Shown here piece after piece: positions 51,074-62,914 of a stretch of DNA of 64,000 nt. How positions within the stretch are numbered: position 1 is the first letter of the stretch; the number at the start of each line of letters is the position of its first letter. Location of the stretch: positions 372,001-436,000 of the forward strand of contig NW_020847187.1 in assembly GCF_003704095.1 (NCBI RefSeq). Direction: 5' to 3'. The notes below the pieces were generated by a model. The model worked only from the letters and a program-made list of their open reading frames with translations. It was not told the DNA's origin and made no database searches. Source of the DNA: Pocillopora damicornis (taxonomy: Eukaryota). The translations under genes were made by a program, and so were the position numbers.

Positions 51074-51510
51074 GTGTCACAAATAGCAGTACTTTGACTG
51101 ACCTGTGATGACACATCATGACGCGTGACTAATTATCTGGAAGCAAACATGCATCGGCGGTTGAGACCAGTTTAGCCCGACGTGGGTTTTTACCCCTGTC
51201 ACTGTGGCCCACTATTAAATAAGGCCGGTGTTAAAATAGTAAAGCTAAGACGAACTCTAAAACGGAACTGTGGCCTTGTTGTGGTTAATGTGCTTATAAC
51301 GCGAAATTTTTTTGTTTTGCATTTCTGGTTGATAGCAGTAATTAAAATTAGAAATAATCGACCTCAGCGCCTAGCGAGTTCTCGTTGACCATTTTTTTGT
51401 GCATTGAAATTAAGATTTGGCGCCCAAAAAGTGTCGCCATTAAGCGCGCGGTTAAAATGATCGTGCAACATAGCTGTGACGATGAAAACTATGAAGACAC
51501 GTCGGCAACT

Positions 51511-51836
51511 ATGGTGGAGAAAGGAGGAATCTACTGAGAAGAAAGGATGAACGTATTGCGTGGCTGGAGCGTCAAATTATGTTCGTTACAAGAATAAAAC
51601 ACACATATCAGGTATTTTTATATACTGCTTTCCAAAGAATGTAGCTGTATGGCCAAAATGGACGCGTTTCGATCATCGACATCGAGGAGATCTTACTCTT
51701 CAATGTCGTCTGCCTTATGCTCCGTACCGGCTTCGAAGACGGCTGTTAAGAACACATACCAATAGCCAAATCAGGGGGGGAAGATAACCAATGGATTCAG
51801 CTAAAAAGAATGCTGATTAAGGGGCCTGTTCCCACA
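51511..51836 (+). pseudogene. Frameshifted THAP-domain transposase N-terminus (transposon relic)
   Basis: Across frames: YCVAGASN...GIFIYCFPKNVAVWPKWTRF...SSALCSVxFEDGC*...LKRMLIKGPVPT, i.e. the THAP C, FP, W, CSxHF and AVPT-box pattern, with stops and frameshifts. Confidence 0.7.
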
Positions 51837-52246
51837 CCGTACTCGATTGTTCAACATTCTTTTCGGCTGACATTTCGCAAGCGAGGAATGGTGCATGAGC
51901 ATCTTATAGCTGTTTATTTCACTCGCTCAAGATGTACTCATACTCCTTGTCTTTCCACATGACTACATTTGCGCTTTTCTTATCGTCTGAAAATCCTACC
52001 AATTGTAGTTTCCATCATATTTTAATAACAGAAATACTTTATTTGTAGATAGAGTAGATAACAGCACTGCAACGAAATAAATAAAGAAACACAAATGTTA
52101 TTGGATGGTTGCGAATCCAAGTGCTGTGTGAAAGTTGATGCAAACGAAATATTCATACTGATGATCTTAAACTTAAACTAATTATTTTTTCTCCATTAAA
52201 ATCCCTATTTGAGATTGTGTTTTGAATCAGATGACTATAAACTCAC

Positions 52247-52693
52247 TCGTTTTCCGTTTGACCGGATCGACGACGATCTCCTCTGCCTTGGCAATCTATG
52301 AGGAAAGGAGCAACTTGCAGTGAAATTGACCGATGACTTCTCGGCGAAAAATTATCGTGCCTCGTGATACAGCTGATTCTTTCGTTCGCCGCATTTAGTG
52401 CGATGGAATAAGATGTTATGGCAACGGAAACGAACACAGCTACCCAATCTTAAAGATATTTCGTCATAGAAAACAAAACACAAATGCGACAAACTAAACA
52501 TTCAGTAACGGGAGTTTTTTGTTCTAATCTTGACCTGAACACCGCAGGCGATAAACCGTGTTTGTCAGTCTTCGTCGAAATCTTCGTTTGATGCACGCGG
52601 TTCTCCTTCGTAGGGCTGAACCGTACTCGCAACTTCCATTTCTTCTCTACAACTTGAGTACGATGTATCGCAACTCTCGGTAGAGCTTGCTGA
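52247..52693 (-). pseudogene. Degenerate P2X7-C-terminal-like (KolX-type) gene, convergent with the THAP relic
   Basis: Ser/acidic leader, then VQPYEGEPRAS...D..GLSPAVFRSRLEQKTPVTE, then ISCITRHDNF...LQVAPFLID..GRGDRRRSGQTENE followed by a gtgagt donor; frameshifted. Family recognised from memory. Confidence 0.55.
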
Positions 52694-54401
52694 AGGTAAG
52701 TATACAACGCTATCGGACATTATTTCAAAAGTATTTCAATGCTGACTAATACAAAATTACAACAGACGTAAGCGATCGCCCAAGCGATCCGTTCATACAG
52801 GTTTGCATTTCGCTCCTGGGGTAATAGGTTTAGTACAAGGAATCTAGGCTTGCAAAACACATGGTAGCTAGATTGCAGAGTGTTAAGTAATGGTCCCTGA
52901 TTTTCATTAATGTTTTTGTCATTGTTTCCTAAGATCTTAATATTTTCAAACAAGATATCATTTAATTTAATGACTTGTCCTTTTTCCTATATTTATGCTG
53001 TCGGTGCTACAGAACTTACAGCCTGTTCCAAAAACTTAACGCCATCATAGCCGGGTAATTTTTGTAACTTCTTTTAGGCATAGCTTTTTGATGACGTCAT
53101 CATCATCTCATTATCTCAATTAGGTCGGTGAAAGCCGGTTAGGCAACACACCAACCACTTACAAAATGCAAAAGAAAAATTGCACGCTACAATAAGTACA
53201 GTACAGAATAAAAAAATTAACTGTACAACTTGGCACGTTTTTTTTAAGCTTATGAACTAAGGTAATTCTTAAATTCGGCAAGCGACCCAATATCGGCGAT
53301 GACATCAAGTTTTCCCTACTCTGCTGTTGTTTTAACCGCCAACAGATTTAGCTCAGTGAACACTTAAAAAAATGATCGCTCAAAATAAACACAACAGTAT
53401 TACATCCAATCTGTAGGAGGTAGTCGGGTCTCGCCTACTGATTTTCTTTAGCCAAACAATACAAAATTTACGACCGGTGAATCTGGCTCTGACGTAAACA
53501 TGCAGAAACATGTTTAAATCCGCAACGCTGCATAGCAACGCAGGGGAGTTAATGCTTCGATAGATGCACAAAAAATAGGCTTTGACAAACAAAATATTGG
53601 ACTAACATGCGTTTCTTAGAGATGACGAATGGACGAGAATTTCACGGCTTCTTTTGTTGGAACAAATCTCCGAGAAATGTCTCTCAGAATTCGTATTATC
53701 CAGTGTATAATAATGAACTTGTTACTTTATAAATAGTAATCAAGTGCGCCGATGACGTTTTGAAATTGACTTGGCGAATATCTCATAAGGGTCTCGTTTC
53801 CTGGGTGAGTAACTAGTAACTATGAAATGTTTCATCTTACTTCGCGATGCTCGCTTCGATGTTAGTCAAAATTTTTGAAGCGGATAGGCGAAATGTAAAA
53901 TCTGCGAAGCGACTCAAGTATTCTCAAAGCTAAATCTCTTATGCAAATTATTATGCCGCGTCTTGATAAACTGGGCATTGTAAGTACATGTCGCGAAAGA
54001 CAATAGCATTGTGCGCGATGTTCAAAGTATACCTAAGTATTTCAAAGTAGATGTCAGCGCCTGAAAGGAAGAACCAACTTTAGTTGGACCACAGACATTA
54101 TTTTAAAAGAATTCTTAAACGGATTGTTTTGATGTTTCAACTGCAAGATTGTCCTTTTATAGCTTTTTTTCTCCATCAAACGTCTGTAGTATTTTTATAT
54201 TAGTTCACATCTGATAAACTTAGTTCAGTTCCCAATATCGTTCTATTTTGAGAAAAGAGGAGCCGCTCAGGAAGGAGACAGAGCTTGACGGCGGAAAAAG
54301 TGGAGAGTAACTTGGTTTAGAAAGAGAGAGAAGGAATAACGACAGAAAGATGTTTTGGTAGTGAAAAGAATTAGAAGAAATCTCCGATTACTTATTGCTC
54401 C

Positions 54402-54800
54402 TCAATCAATCAATCAATCAATCAATCATTTTATTTAGTGATGCAGGTTACAAAAGTGGCAGCCAGCCATGAGGCTGATGTGGACCTACAATTAACTAAT
54501 AAAATGTGAAATAATAAACAAGATAATTTGTAAAATCAACCTATGGTATTTGAATTCAGTTCAAGTCAATAAAATGAGGTTCATTGACAAATAAAAGTTA
54601 CAAACTAATCGAGAAATTTACGTACAGTATAATAATACTTAAGATATATATATCTCAGTCTAGTGTTGCTTTTCTCGTATCATTTGTTACGCTGTTTTTC
54701 CAATAAATAACTTGTAAAGATGACTAACTTTCCGTAAAAGAGTTAGTTGTGGTTATGGTCTTGCGATATTGCGAAATAGTTGGAATCCAGTCAGATTTTA
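54402..54800 (-). mobile_element. 5'-truncated LINE (L2/CR1-like) 3' end with (TTGA)n tail
   Basis: Minus strand: GC-richer stem-loop-like aggtccacatcagcctcatggctggctgccac, then AATAAA and ~6 copies of TTGA (54402-54428). Confidence 0.45.
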
Positions 54801-55270
54801 ACAATAACACATTTCATTTTCCACTTTCTCTGAGGAATAACCCAGCACGAAACCATAAGCAATTATGGTGATATTGATACCAACTCGTCATTTACGAAAA
54901 AAAAAAAAAAACCAGAATAAAAAAAACAACACACACATATTAAATTCACGAAGTCAATTCAGCTTCAATTTTATCGGAAACCAATGTGGAAAGAGAATGA
55001 AAAGATCGGCTATAAAAGAGTGAACAGAAATATAAGTTGACTCTTTCACACCCCAAATCTACAGATCTATTCTCGTTTTTGTCTGTAAGACAGTTCTGAT
55101 AATTTTACTTTCGAGAAAAGATTACGAGTGCTGCATCAAACGGTACCCTGCTTAACTGATACTTTGCTTTCTCGTCATTACTTTTTGCATAACAATGTTT
55201 TGATATGGGCCTCTGTTGAATGATATTAGTTTTACTGATAAAACACTTCAAAATTCTATTTGATTACTTT

Positions 55271-55337
55271 ATCACATTTTCCGAAAATGTGATGAAGGCA
55301 TATCACTTCCAGAGAGTCTCTGGAAGTGATATACCTT
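55271..55337. repeat. Two adjacent perfect palindromes
   Basis: atcacattttc-c-gaaaatgtgat (55271-55293) and atatcacttccagaga-g-tctctggaagtgatat (55300-55332). Confidence 0.85.
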
Positions 55338-55732
55338 TAAAGAAATCCTTGAGTTGTTGGGCACATATTGGTTTTAGGTATTCACCTATATGAAGCCATT
55401 TTTGGATGAAATACAATATTATAAAAATGGAAATTTACAAATTCTAAAATAGCCCTGAAAAGATAAGAGAAGTCTTTAACCAAAATAGCTTCACGTTTTG
55501 TTACAGAGAGGAATTTCTGATGTTCCCTTTCCTGTTAATAACTTTGCCCAATAACGTGAATCTTGTCATACAGTTTTGGACTTCCTGTTTTCAAAGCGCT
55601 TTTATTTTCATATCCTTGCCACGCGTTCCAAACGGTAGGTTTCGGGAGGTCTTCTTGCATCACTGAAGACTGTTTTCCTTCGCGTGAATTTTAGTTCGCT
55701 TTCGTGCCAGTGCCTCAAACAGTTTGGACTCT

Positions 55733-58352
55733 TCAACTGCACAATGCTATCCATACCATGTTTTGTCCCAGAAGTCTTCGATTTATTTCTTTGAGAGCAA
55801 CAGGAAATCTTGACAACAGTTCTTTTGGAACTTCCGTGCTCTTGACCGGATGTTGTTTCACTATCGATGATGATCTCCTTCCAATTTTCCCTTTCGCTGA
55901 ATTTCTTTTTCTTATTGTTCGTCGCCTTGCAGGTTTAAAGTGGGATTTTTTCGTTGTTACAGCCTTTTGTTCCTGTAGAAAGAAATTTCAAAAAGCGGCC
56001 TTGCAACTAAAACCGGGAATTTCTTTATCCTTTAAAATTGACGAATCATTAATTAAACGCAATATACTCCGTCACAACGTCAATAAATTACCCAGAAAAC
56101 AGGTGATAACAGCAGCCAAACTTGTCAGTCAGAAAGTTTAACCTTTTTATTATTATTTTAAACTCTTTAAACTAATTCAAAGCAAGTGATATGTACACTG
56201 AGCAAATAGAGAGGAGAATTTCAAACTATGTCTTGGAAGTAGGACTGACTTGCTCGAAATTCACGAGTGACTGTAGCTCACCGAGAGCCCATCGTTTTGA
56301 TATATCGCCTCAGAGTCATTTTGCTGCAACCTATCATCGGGGAATTTCATTTACGTTTACGCTGGTGACTTCTCAGTCTCGAAAAAAATAATTTTGTTAT
56401 AAAAGCCAATCAGAATTTTTGTCAATCAGTTACCTTGTGTTTCATTGATGGTTCCTGTTGATATGCCTTCGCCTTTTTGCTTTCCCTGGCTTCTCTTTTC
56501 TGTCTCTTAAATTCCAGTCGAGAATACAACATGGCTCGGTATTCTAGTAAAACCAAAATATGAGAAAGAAAACCAGAGAAATCGAATTATTATTAAAAGA
56601 GACGACCTAAGGGCATCCAAGACATTTTAAATAAACTGCCTTATGGCGGTGTCACAAACACGGGATATTTTTTCATAAATGATCCGCAATCACTGTTAGA
56701 GAAATTTTAGAATCTTTTTGAACACAAGATAGTCAAGATTTTGGTTACCAACTGAAGACCTGGAACAAGTTAAATTTTTTCGCAGGCTTAACCACACATC
56801 CAAGTCATTTCGGAAAAGAACAATCTGGAATAGGGAATACATTGTTTTAATACCTGAATATCGTTTTCCTCCAATGTGACGAGATGTGTCCTCAAAGACG
56901 TGACCACACACGCATGATTTTGATGATCCAGTTATCTACCGATCAAGTCAGTTGTAGCTCAAGTAAGTTCTAATTAATAAGTTGTGTATATATTATATCA
57001 CTTTTTAAAATCGCTTAATGCGATCTTTTCAAGCTCAAACTCAATACACGTAAGACTCCGATCACACGCTTCAACTGAATACAGGCCTTCAAAGAATTGC
57101 GGCCCTTTGCAGACCAAAAATTAAAAGTGCGATATATGTTATAAGTAATGAAAATTGGTGAAAAGCATCAATCAGATCGACTTTTAGCAAGAAATGTGCA
57201 CGTAAAACGTGAATTGGAGCCACTTTAAATATGTAAGTTGCTGTAACCCTAAGAGGTTAGTCGGCCCTTAAGATTCTTGAGCTCTGTCGAGTAGAAAAGA
57301 TTAGTACCCAAGAAAATCAGAATCAAGGCACATTGATATTTTACGGCAAAAAATGATGATTCAAAACACGGTGTTTGATATTTCTTCAATTTGAGAGATG
57401 GAAAGACCTCTGAAACTAATCCTCAATAAGGAAGGATCATAAAACGTTTTCTTTCGAAATAGCTACATGGAGGAAGTCACGATCAGAAGATTTCCCATCA
57501 AAATACGCAAGGGATCGTAATATTATAATCTCTTGTGTTACGTTATTTTACTGATGTATATATAACTATCCTTGAGAGATCTAAAAAAATTCTAAATACA
57601 CCTAAATAAGTTAGTTTCATTGGTAAGACATAACAAAGACAGCACTGATTTAAGGGGAACTAGAGATGACTGTACGAAGATAATTGTGACTCCTAAGAAG
57701 CTGAGTATATGATGCATTATTGTTTAAGACATTACGTGGATCCTCGATATTGACACCTATCAGTAAAAATTTACTGCTTCTATCTATTTTACCCCGTGAC
57801 ATGTCTTCTTCAGAGTCAATTCATCATAACAACCTCACTCTAGCTCCTTTTTTTATTCCATTAATTTTTGTACTTTTGTTTTTCAAATATGACGTTTTCT
57901 TGGCGAATAGAGTTTGATCGCAGTCTGGGAAGGTTCAAAGTATTTCTCTAGTAAACAGCTGTTAAGAACATTTCATAAAAAAAATATTCAAAAACACACT
58001 CATCTTAATGATGTCTGACATTGGACTCACTTGAAGCTAGCTGTGGCAAGCAATTCCCTTAAGAAATTATTTTCAACGAAGCAACGAAACTGTACTGTAG
58101 AAAACTAAAGCAGAATTTTTTTTTTCTTGTTGGCTAACTCCGAGACAAAAAGTAAACGTCATCATTTCGCGCTTGTTTTCAATGATTCTGGAATCGGTTT
58201 ACCCAGTTAAAATGTTCAAGATCGAAAAATAGAGAGAAAGAGGTTTCAAACTATATAGCTATATTTAGCATAGTGATGAAAAACATCGATCATTCACTAC
58301 TAATCTCGTCACTTACCAATAAATTACAAGCAAGACACCGTTGAAGAACCAT
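55733..58352 (-). CDS. C16orf87-like: UPF0547/C16orf87-like zinc-ribbon protein, paralogue B (155 aa); exons 58352-58317, 56935-56854, 56543-56434, 55972-55733
   Basis: MVLQRCLACNLL-ITGSSKSCVCGHVFEDTSRHIGGKRYS-EYRAMLYSRLE...VPKELLSRFPVALKEINRRLLGQNMVWIAL. Exon 1 and 2 lengths (36, 82 nt) and intron phases are identical to paralogue A. Confidence 0.85.
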
Positions 58353-58470
58353 GTCTTTAAGGCTGACTAGTACGTTTTCTTATTGTATCAGCTTCCTACA
58401 GCTCTCACTTCTCAATAAAGACGTCAGAGCTGTCTAGCGTTTCATTTATAGGTGTTGAGTGTTCACTGCG

Positions 58471-58478
58471 TGACGTCA
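58471..58478. promoter_or_regulatory. CRE palindrome TGACGTCA upstream of paralogue B
   Basis: Exact match 119 bp upstream of the ATG; variant TGACGTAA at 58515; minus-strand TATAAA at 58445-58450. Confidence 0.6.
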
Positions 58479-61400
58479 ATTCTAAAAAAGGTATCTTGTT
58501 CGTTTACCGCTTGGTGACGTAATAATTACAGATATTTTGGGAGTTTGATGAACCTTGCATAAGACAAACAATAACCAGATAACTTATCTAGATGTTTCTT
58601 GATTTGTGTCTTTTTTTTTTTTCGAATTTTCTAACAGCGAAATTGTTGCATATATAGAGCATTGTGCCTTTTCGTCTTGTATCATCATAGCTGAGATTAT
58701 CCTCCCTTACAATTACACAATCTTATAAAAGGAAGACCGCCGTAATTATAACCGCGGACTTCCGCTGAATTCTGTAGCAAGCAACGAACATGAATTTACT
58801 CCATCTCTCTGGTAATTCCCTTCAGGGTCATGAACTCGTGTTTAGACAAAAGGTAGTTATCATAACTAATGAAGATGCCTGTAATTTTTTTTTTCGAATT
58901 CACTCGCGCTCGTTTCAGGGTGGTTGACATTTCACCCAAAAGCGGTGGACCTCAAACGCACACAGATAACATTTTGATAATTTATACAGTATTTAAAAAA
59001 ATATTCGGAGCGAACAGAATATGTCAAAACAACAAATCGAGAAATGCTCGTTAAGTAGATTTCTGAAGACAATACGACGAAACATGCTCAATCGGCAGTT
59101 TAAGGCGGCAAGCGAAAGAGAAATGAACGGGGAAACCTATGGTTACTTGGAAAAAGATTGTCAATAAAATGTGATTAAGGTTTCGAAATCTATTCGAACA
59201 AAGAGTTCGAGCTTTTCAGAAAACAAAAAAACACAGCAAAGAAATCTCAATGGCCGGTGATGCTAACTAGTCCCTATTTATTTTATTTACAAGCTACAGA
59301 GAATTCGCTCTTTCACAGTTAGTCGCATTTAAGGTTTATGGTTTTTCAAGAGGAATCAATAACTGTTTGACCATTTTAGCATTGAATTTATTCTCTGGCG
59401 CTTTCAACGACAGCTTGGGTACACACCAGTTTCGTTACAGGAATCAGTGTAAAGGGAAAGCAAGATGTTTTAAAATGAATATTTATAGACCATATACGAC
59501 TCAAGATAAAGGGAAAGCAAACAACTTGTATGTATTTTAATATTAAATCGAGCGAATCACAGCCCTCAGTTGAACCTTATCAGTCGCTCAGCCGGACCTA
59601 CGTGGCTTATTATCTTATTCAGCGACACTAATAATATAATGGACAGGAAGATTTTGTGATTATTTTGGAGCAAACAAAGTTATTTTGGGATTCACACGAA
59701 AATGTTTCCCACTGGAACGGTGTGTTGCCACACAGCTGAAAATTTTGTGTAAAAAGAATATTCTCTGACAAGATACCATATAATTCTTGACAAATTGGAA
59801 ATGAACCCCAGCCTAAGTGAGTTTCTTGATAGGCGTTTTATCACGTTTTGTGGTTTCTTCTAATTTTATCAAACAAAAACTTATTTGTCTCTCGGTTTCC
59901 AAGGCCATAATGCAAGCCCTTATTATAACAGTGGAAGTATTGCGTCCGTAAATTGTGGCATTAAGAAATATAGAGGTTCAAAATGATTAATATCTGGTTT
60001 TTTTTTGTTATGCTTTAAGACACTTCAACACCTCCCAGTTTTTTACAGACTGACTTTTAATAAAAGAATATTTTCAATTACACAGCGACAATTTGGTCGA
60101 GCGGCGGAGCTTCCCGTCATCATTACTTAATGGAATCCGGGGCTATAGCAGTTCCACTGTATTCTGAAACCTCTCGCAACTCCGGAGACGTTATTCACAC
60201 CCTGTGGGAATAGGCCTTGGTATATCAGAAAGCAAAGGTGTGGCTTGTATGCTACACAATCCCTTTACTATAATTGGAACTGAATTCGCCCACCAACAAG
60301 ATCTCTAATATAACCATAATAACCATGAAGAAACAAATGATTCCTTTGCTCTAAAGTTGATTTTCGACCTTGTCTGTGATAAGAGCTGTTCGTTTCCACA
60401 TAGATTCTGTTCTACTACGAATGATGAAGCCGGATTACTTCGTATAGCCGCTCAGAAATCCCAGTAAAGATGAAAAAGTGGGGTGAAAGTGATATCAAAG
60501 CTAGGATATTAGAACAAATATCGTGATCATATTAGGGTTTATCATGTTCCCGAACTTTCCACATCTCTGTTTATTCTCGCCAAAGGCGGCCTTACCCTGA
60601 GCTCAGGAAATATTAATTATGCCGTAACAAAACGGACATGACGTTAAATGGAGCTATGTCACAATAAATGCCAACTGAATTCTAGAACCATCCAACATTC
60701 TGGAGTAAAAGGGAAAAACGAGGTTAATTTTGAATACCACTTCCACTAAACTAAGTTTTACTTCGCAAAGGACATATTACGAAACTGTGTATTTTCACTC
60801 TTTTTTTAGAGTTGTGACTGATTGGTATCACAGATGTTTGACTATGTTTGATATTTGTGGTTGCGAGCTTCAAGAATAGGTGTGGTTCTGAAGCCTTGAG
60901 GCCTTCAATGAACACAAACCTACAGTTTCTAGAACGATTAATTAAAGTTGGACCCCTCAGTCTGCGGATGAAACTGTTTCGCCTCAGTTCCTCCTTTCAT
61001 TATCTTCTAGTTCTCTACTTACATACTTAAGATAAATGCAATTTCGCGCATACTTAAGATTAACGCAATTTGGCAAAAATTCCGTTCTTTACAGTATGTC
61101 CTTTACAGGTTTTTCTTACACCAGAGTGAAAGCTGTTAGTCAGTCCGTGAAGGTTACCTTGACCCGTCACAAATAACTGCTTCATTGGTGTCGTGCATGA
61201 TGTCGTTGGCCTCAAGACCGAAATAATGCTGCGCTTGTCATGCAGCTATGAAGTTAATCTGAATTCACACAATCTGCACTCTTAATCATCATATCGCAAA
61301 TAATTTTCATCCGGAACAAATTTTTCCACGCAATTCAACAGAGTGATTCGTTTCTTCCGCGAAAATTGCGAAAAAAGTTGACTCTCATTTCCTTCATCTG

Positions 61401-62723
61401 GTTCTTTTTATCCTTTACAATTTTTTTTGTGTATTTATTTAGTTTTTTATTTCACACCTGCACATCTAAAGTTTCATAATTACTCACTTGTTTTAATTTT
61501 TCTCGTATTAATAATACTGTAATTAATTTGTGATTATCTTACAGCACTGCAGCTATTTCTCGCCCTAAGTTTATTTAAAAAATAAAAAAAAATTATAGTA
61601 TATTACTAAACATATTTTGGGAAATTTTTCGATACTGTTTCTAGATGTTTCGGCCGGGTCTACCATTCCAAACGTGTATAGAAAGTACAGGGTTAAAATT
61701 TGAAAAAAGAGAAGTTATTCAGACCATGTTTTCTCTTTTACAAAGCTGAAACTGTTAATTAAATTCAACTCTAGTCTGATTGAGTTGGTAATATGGTCTA
61801 TCATTTAATAACCTTTGGTTTAATTTAGATCAAGAGACTATAACTATAATCTCCTGTATAGACTCTGACTCCTCTGGTTCAATGAGCACTCTTCCATGCA
61901 ATTATGGATCAATGTCAGTGTATGAGCATTGTGTGGACGAGAATTACTTAAACCTCAAGGCAAGTTACTGACAATGACGGTTTCAATTCACGCTTGCTTG
62001 CAGCGCATAAATATTCTTAGAAGGATCTAGGCCTTCATATCTGAAGATGGTTAACCTCATAGTGAAATTGAGAGATAAGTAAATCCAATTAAGTGTATTC
62101 TTATTAGTGACCTGGGTCGGGGAAGGTACGTCTTAAGGGTATTCGTGTTTAAAAGCGTCTTAAAATATGCCGCTAAAGAGCGCTATGCTCGGCAAATTAC
62201 TACTAATGAGTTAGTACCTCTTCAAAGGTTAAATAATAAGAATTCTATGTGACAGAAAAGAGAGAAATTGAGAATCAAAGTTTTAGCAAATAGTTTGTGG
62301 AAAAAGCCGAAAGCTGACGGTTTCGTTAAATTTGAAAAGAGACCTCTCCAGCAAAAACTTCTTAAGACATCCCCTAACGTAATTAACCATTATCTTTTCT
62401 TTTAAATAAAAATCCCTTATTTTTGATTAGTTGGGTAGACGCATGCTACCGTGGCAACAAAATATCTGCTAATGTGTAATGTGCAATAACATTACACAAC
62501 TCACAGATCGTTTATGCACGTGAGGCTCTGCGAGGAGAGAAAACTTAAGTTCAAACGTGACATAAGATATAATGAGTATTTAATGCAGAAGCAAACACGT
62601 CTCTTGTCTCTTGGATTTCATGAATATCAACCACTCGCGTCTAACAGAGCTATCCGCAATTAGATTTCCATTTACATGCAATAAAAAGATCGTACTAATT
62701 CCGTGCGTTGTTTTTCAATTCAG

Positions 62724-62731
62724 TGACGTCA
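62724..62731. promoter_or_regulatory. CRE palindrome TGACGTCA upstream of paralogue C
   Basis: Exact match ending 148 bp upstream of ATG 62879. Confidence 0.6.
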
Positions 62732-62878
62732 CACGTTGTGTTACCATCCGCTCCACGCAAGGACGAAGTCAGGTCAAAACATTCACGAATTGAAATACCC
62801 ACTGAGCGACTCGGGTCCGCTACAATCGCGAAAGTAAGCAGTGGTTTCGACTGCAAGCGAGTTGAAGATAACCTCGCT

Positions 62879-62914
62879 ATGTCTGTTCAACAATGTTTAG
62901 CCTGTAATGCTGTG
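62879..62914 (+). CDS. First coding exon of a third UPF0547/C16orf87-like paralogue (C); remainder presumably beyond the window
   Basis: 36-nt exon MSVQQCLACNAV followed by a gtgagt donor; same length and phase as exon 1 of A (MVLQQCLACNSL) and B (MVLQRCLACNLL). Confidence 0.7.

Noticed and set aside
51817-51836. ttaaggggcctgttccc as a Kolobok terminus
   Set aside because: No matching inverted end found; it is better explained as codons for the THAP IKGPVPT box.
55704-56141. 145-aa plus-strand ORF (and 48920-49228)
   Set aside because: Antisense to the last exons of the C16orf87-like paralogues.
59900-61400. Coding-like fragments between paralogues B and C
   Set aside because: Multiple stops, no recognisable motif and no consistent exon chain.
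61640-61670. Second hammerhead candidate (ccggccGAAACATC on the minus strand)
   Set aside because: CUGANGA core is absent.
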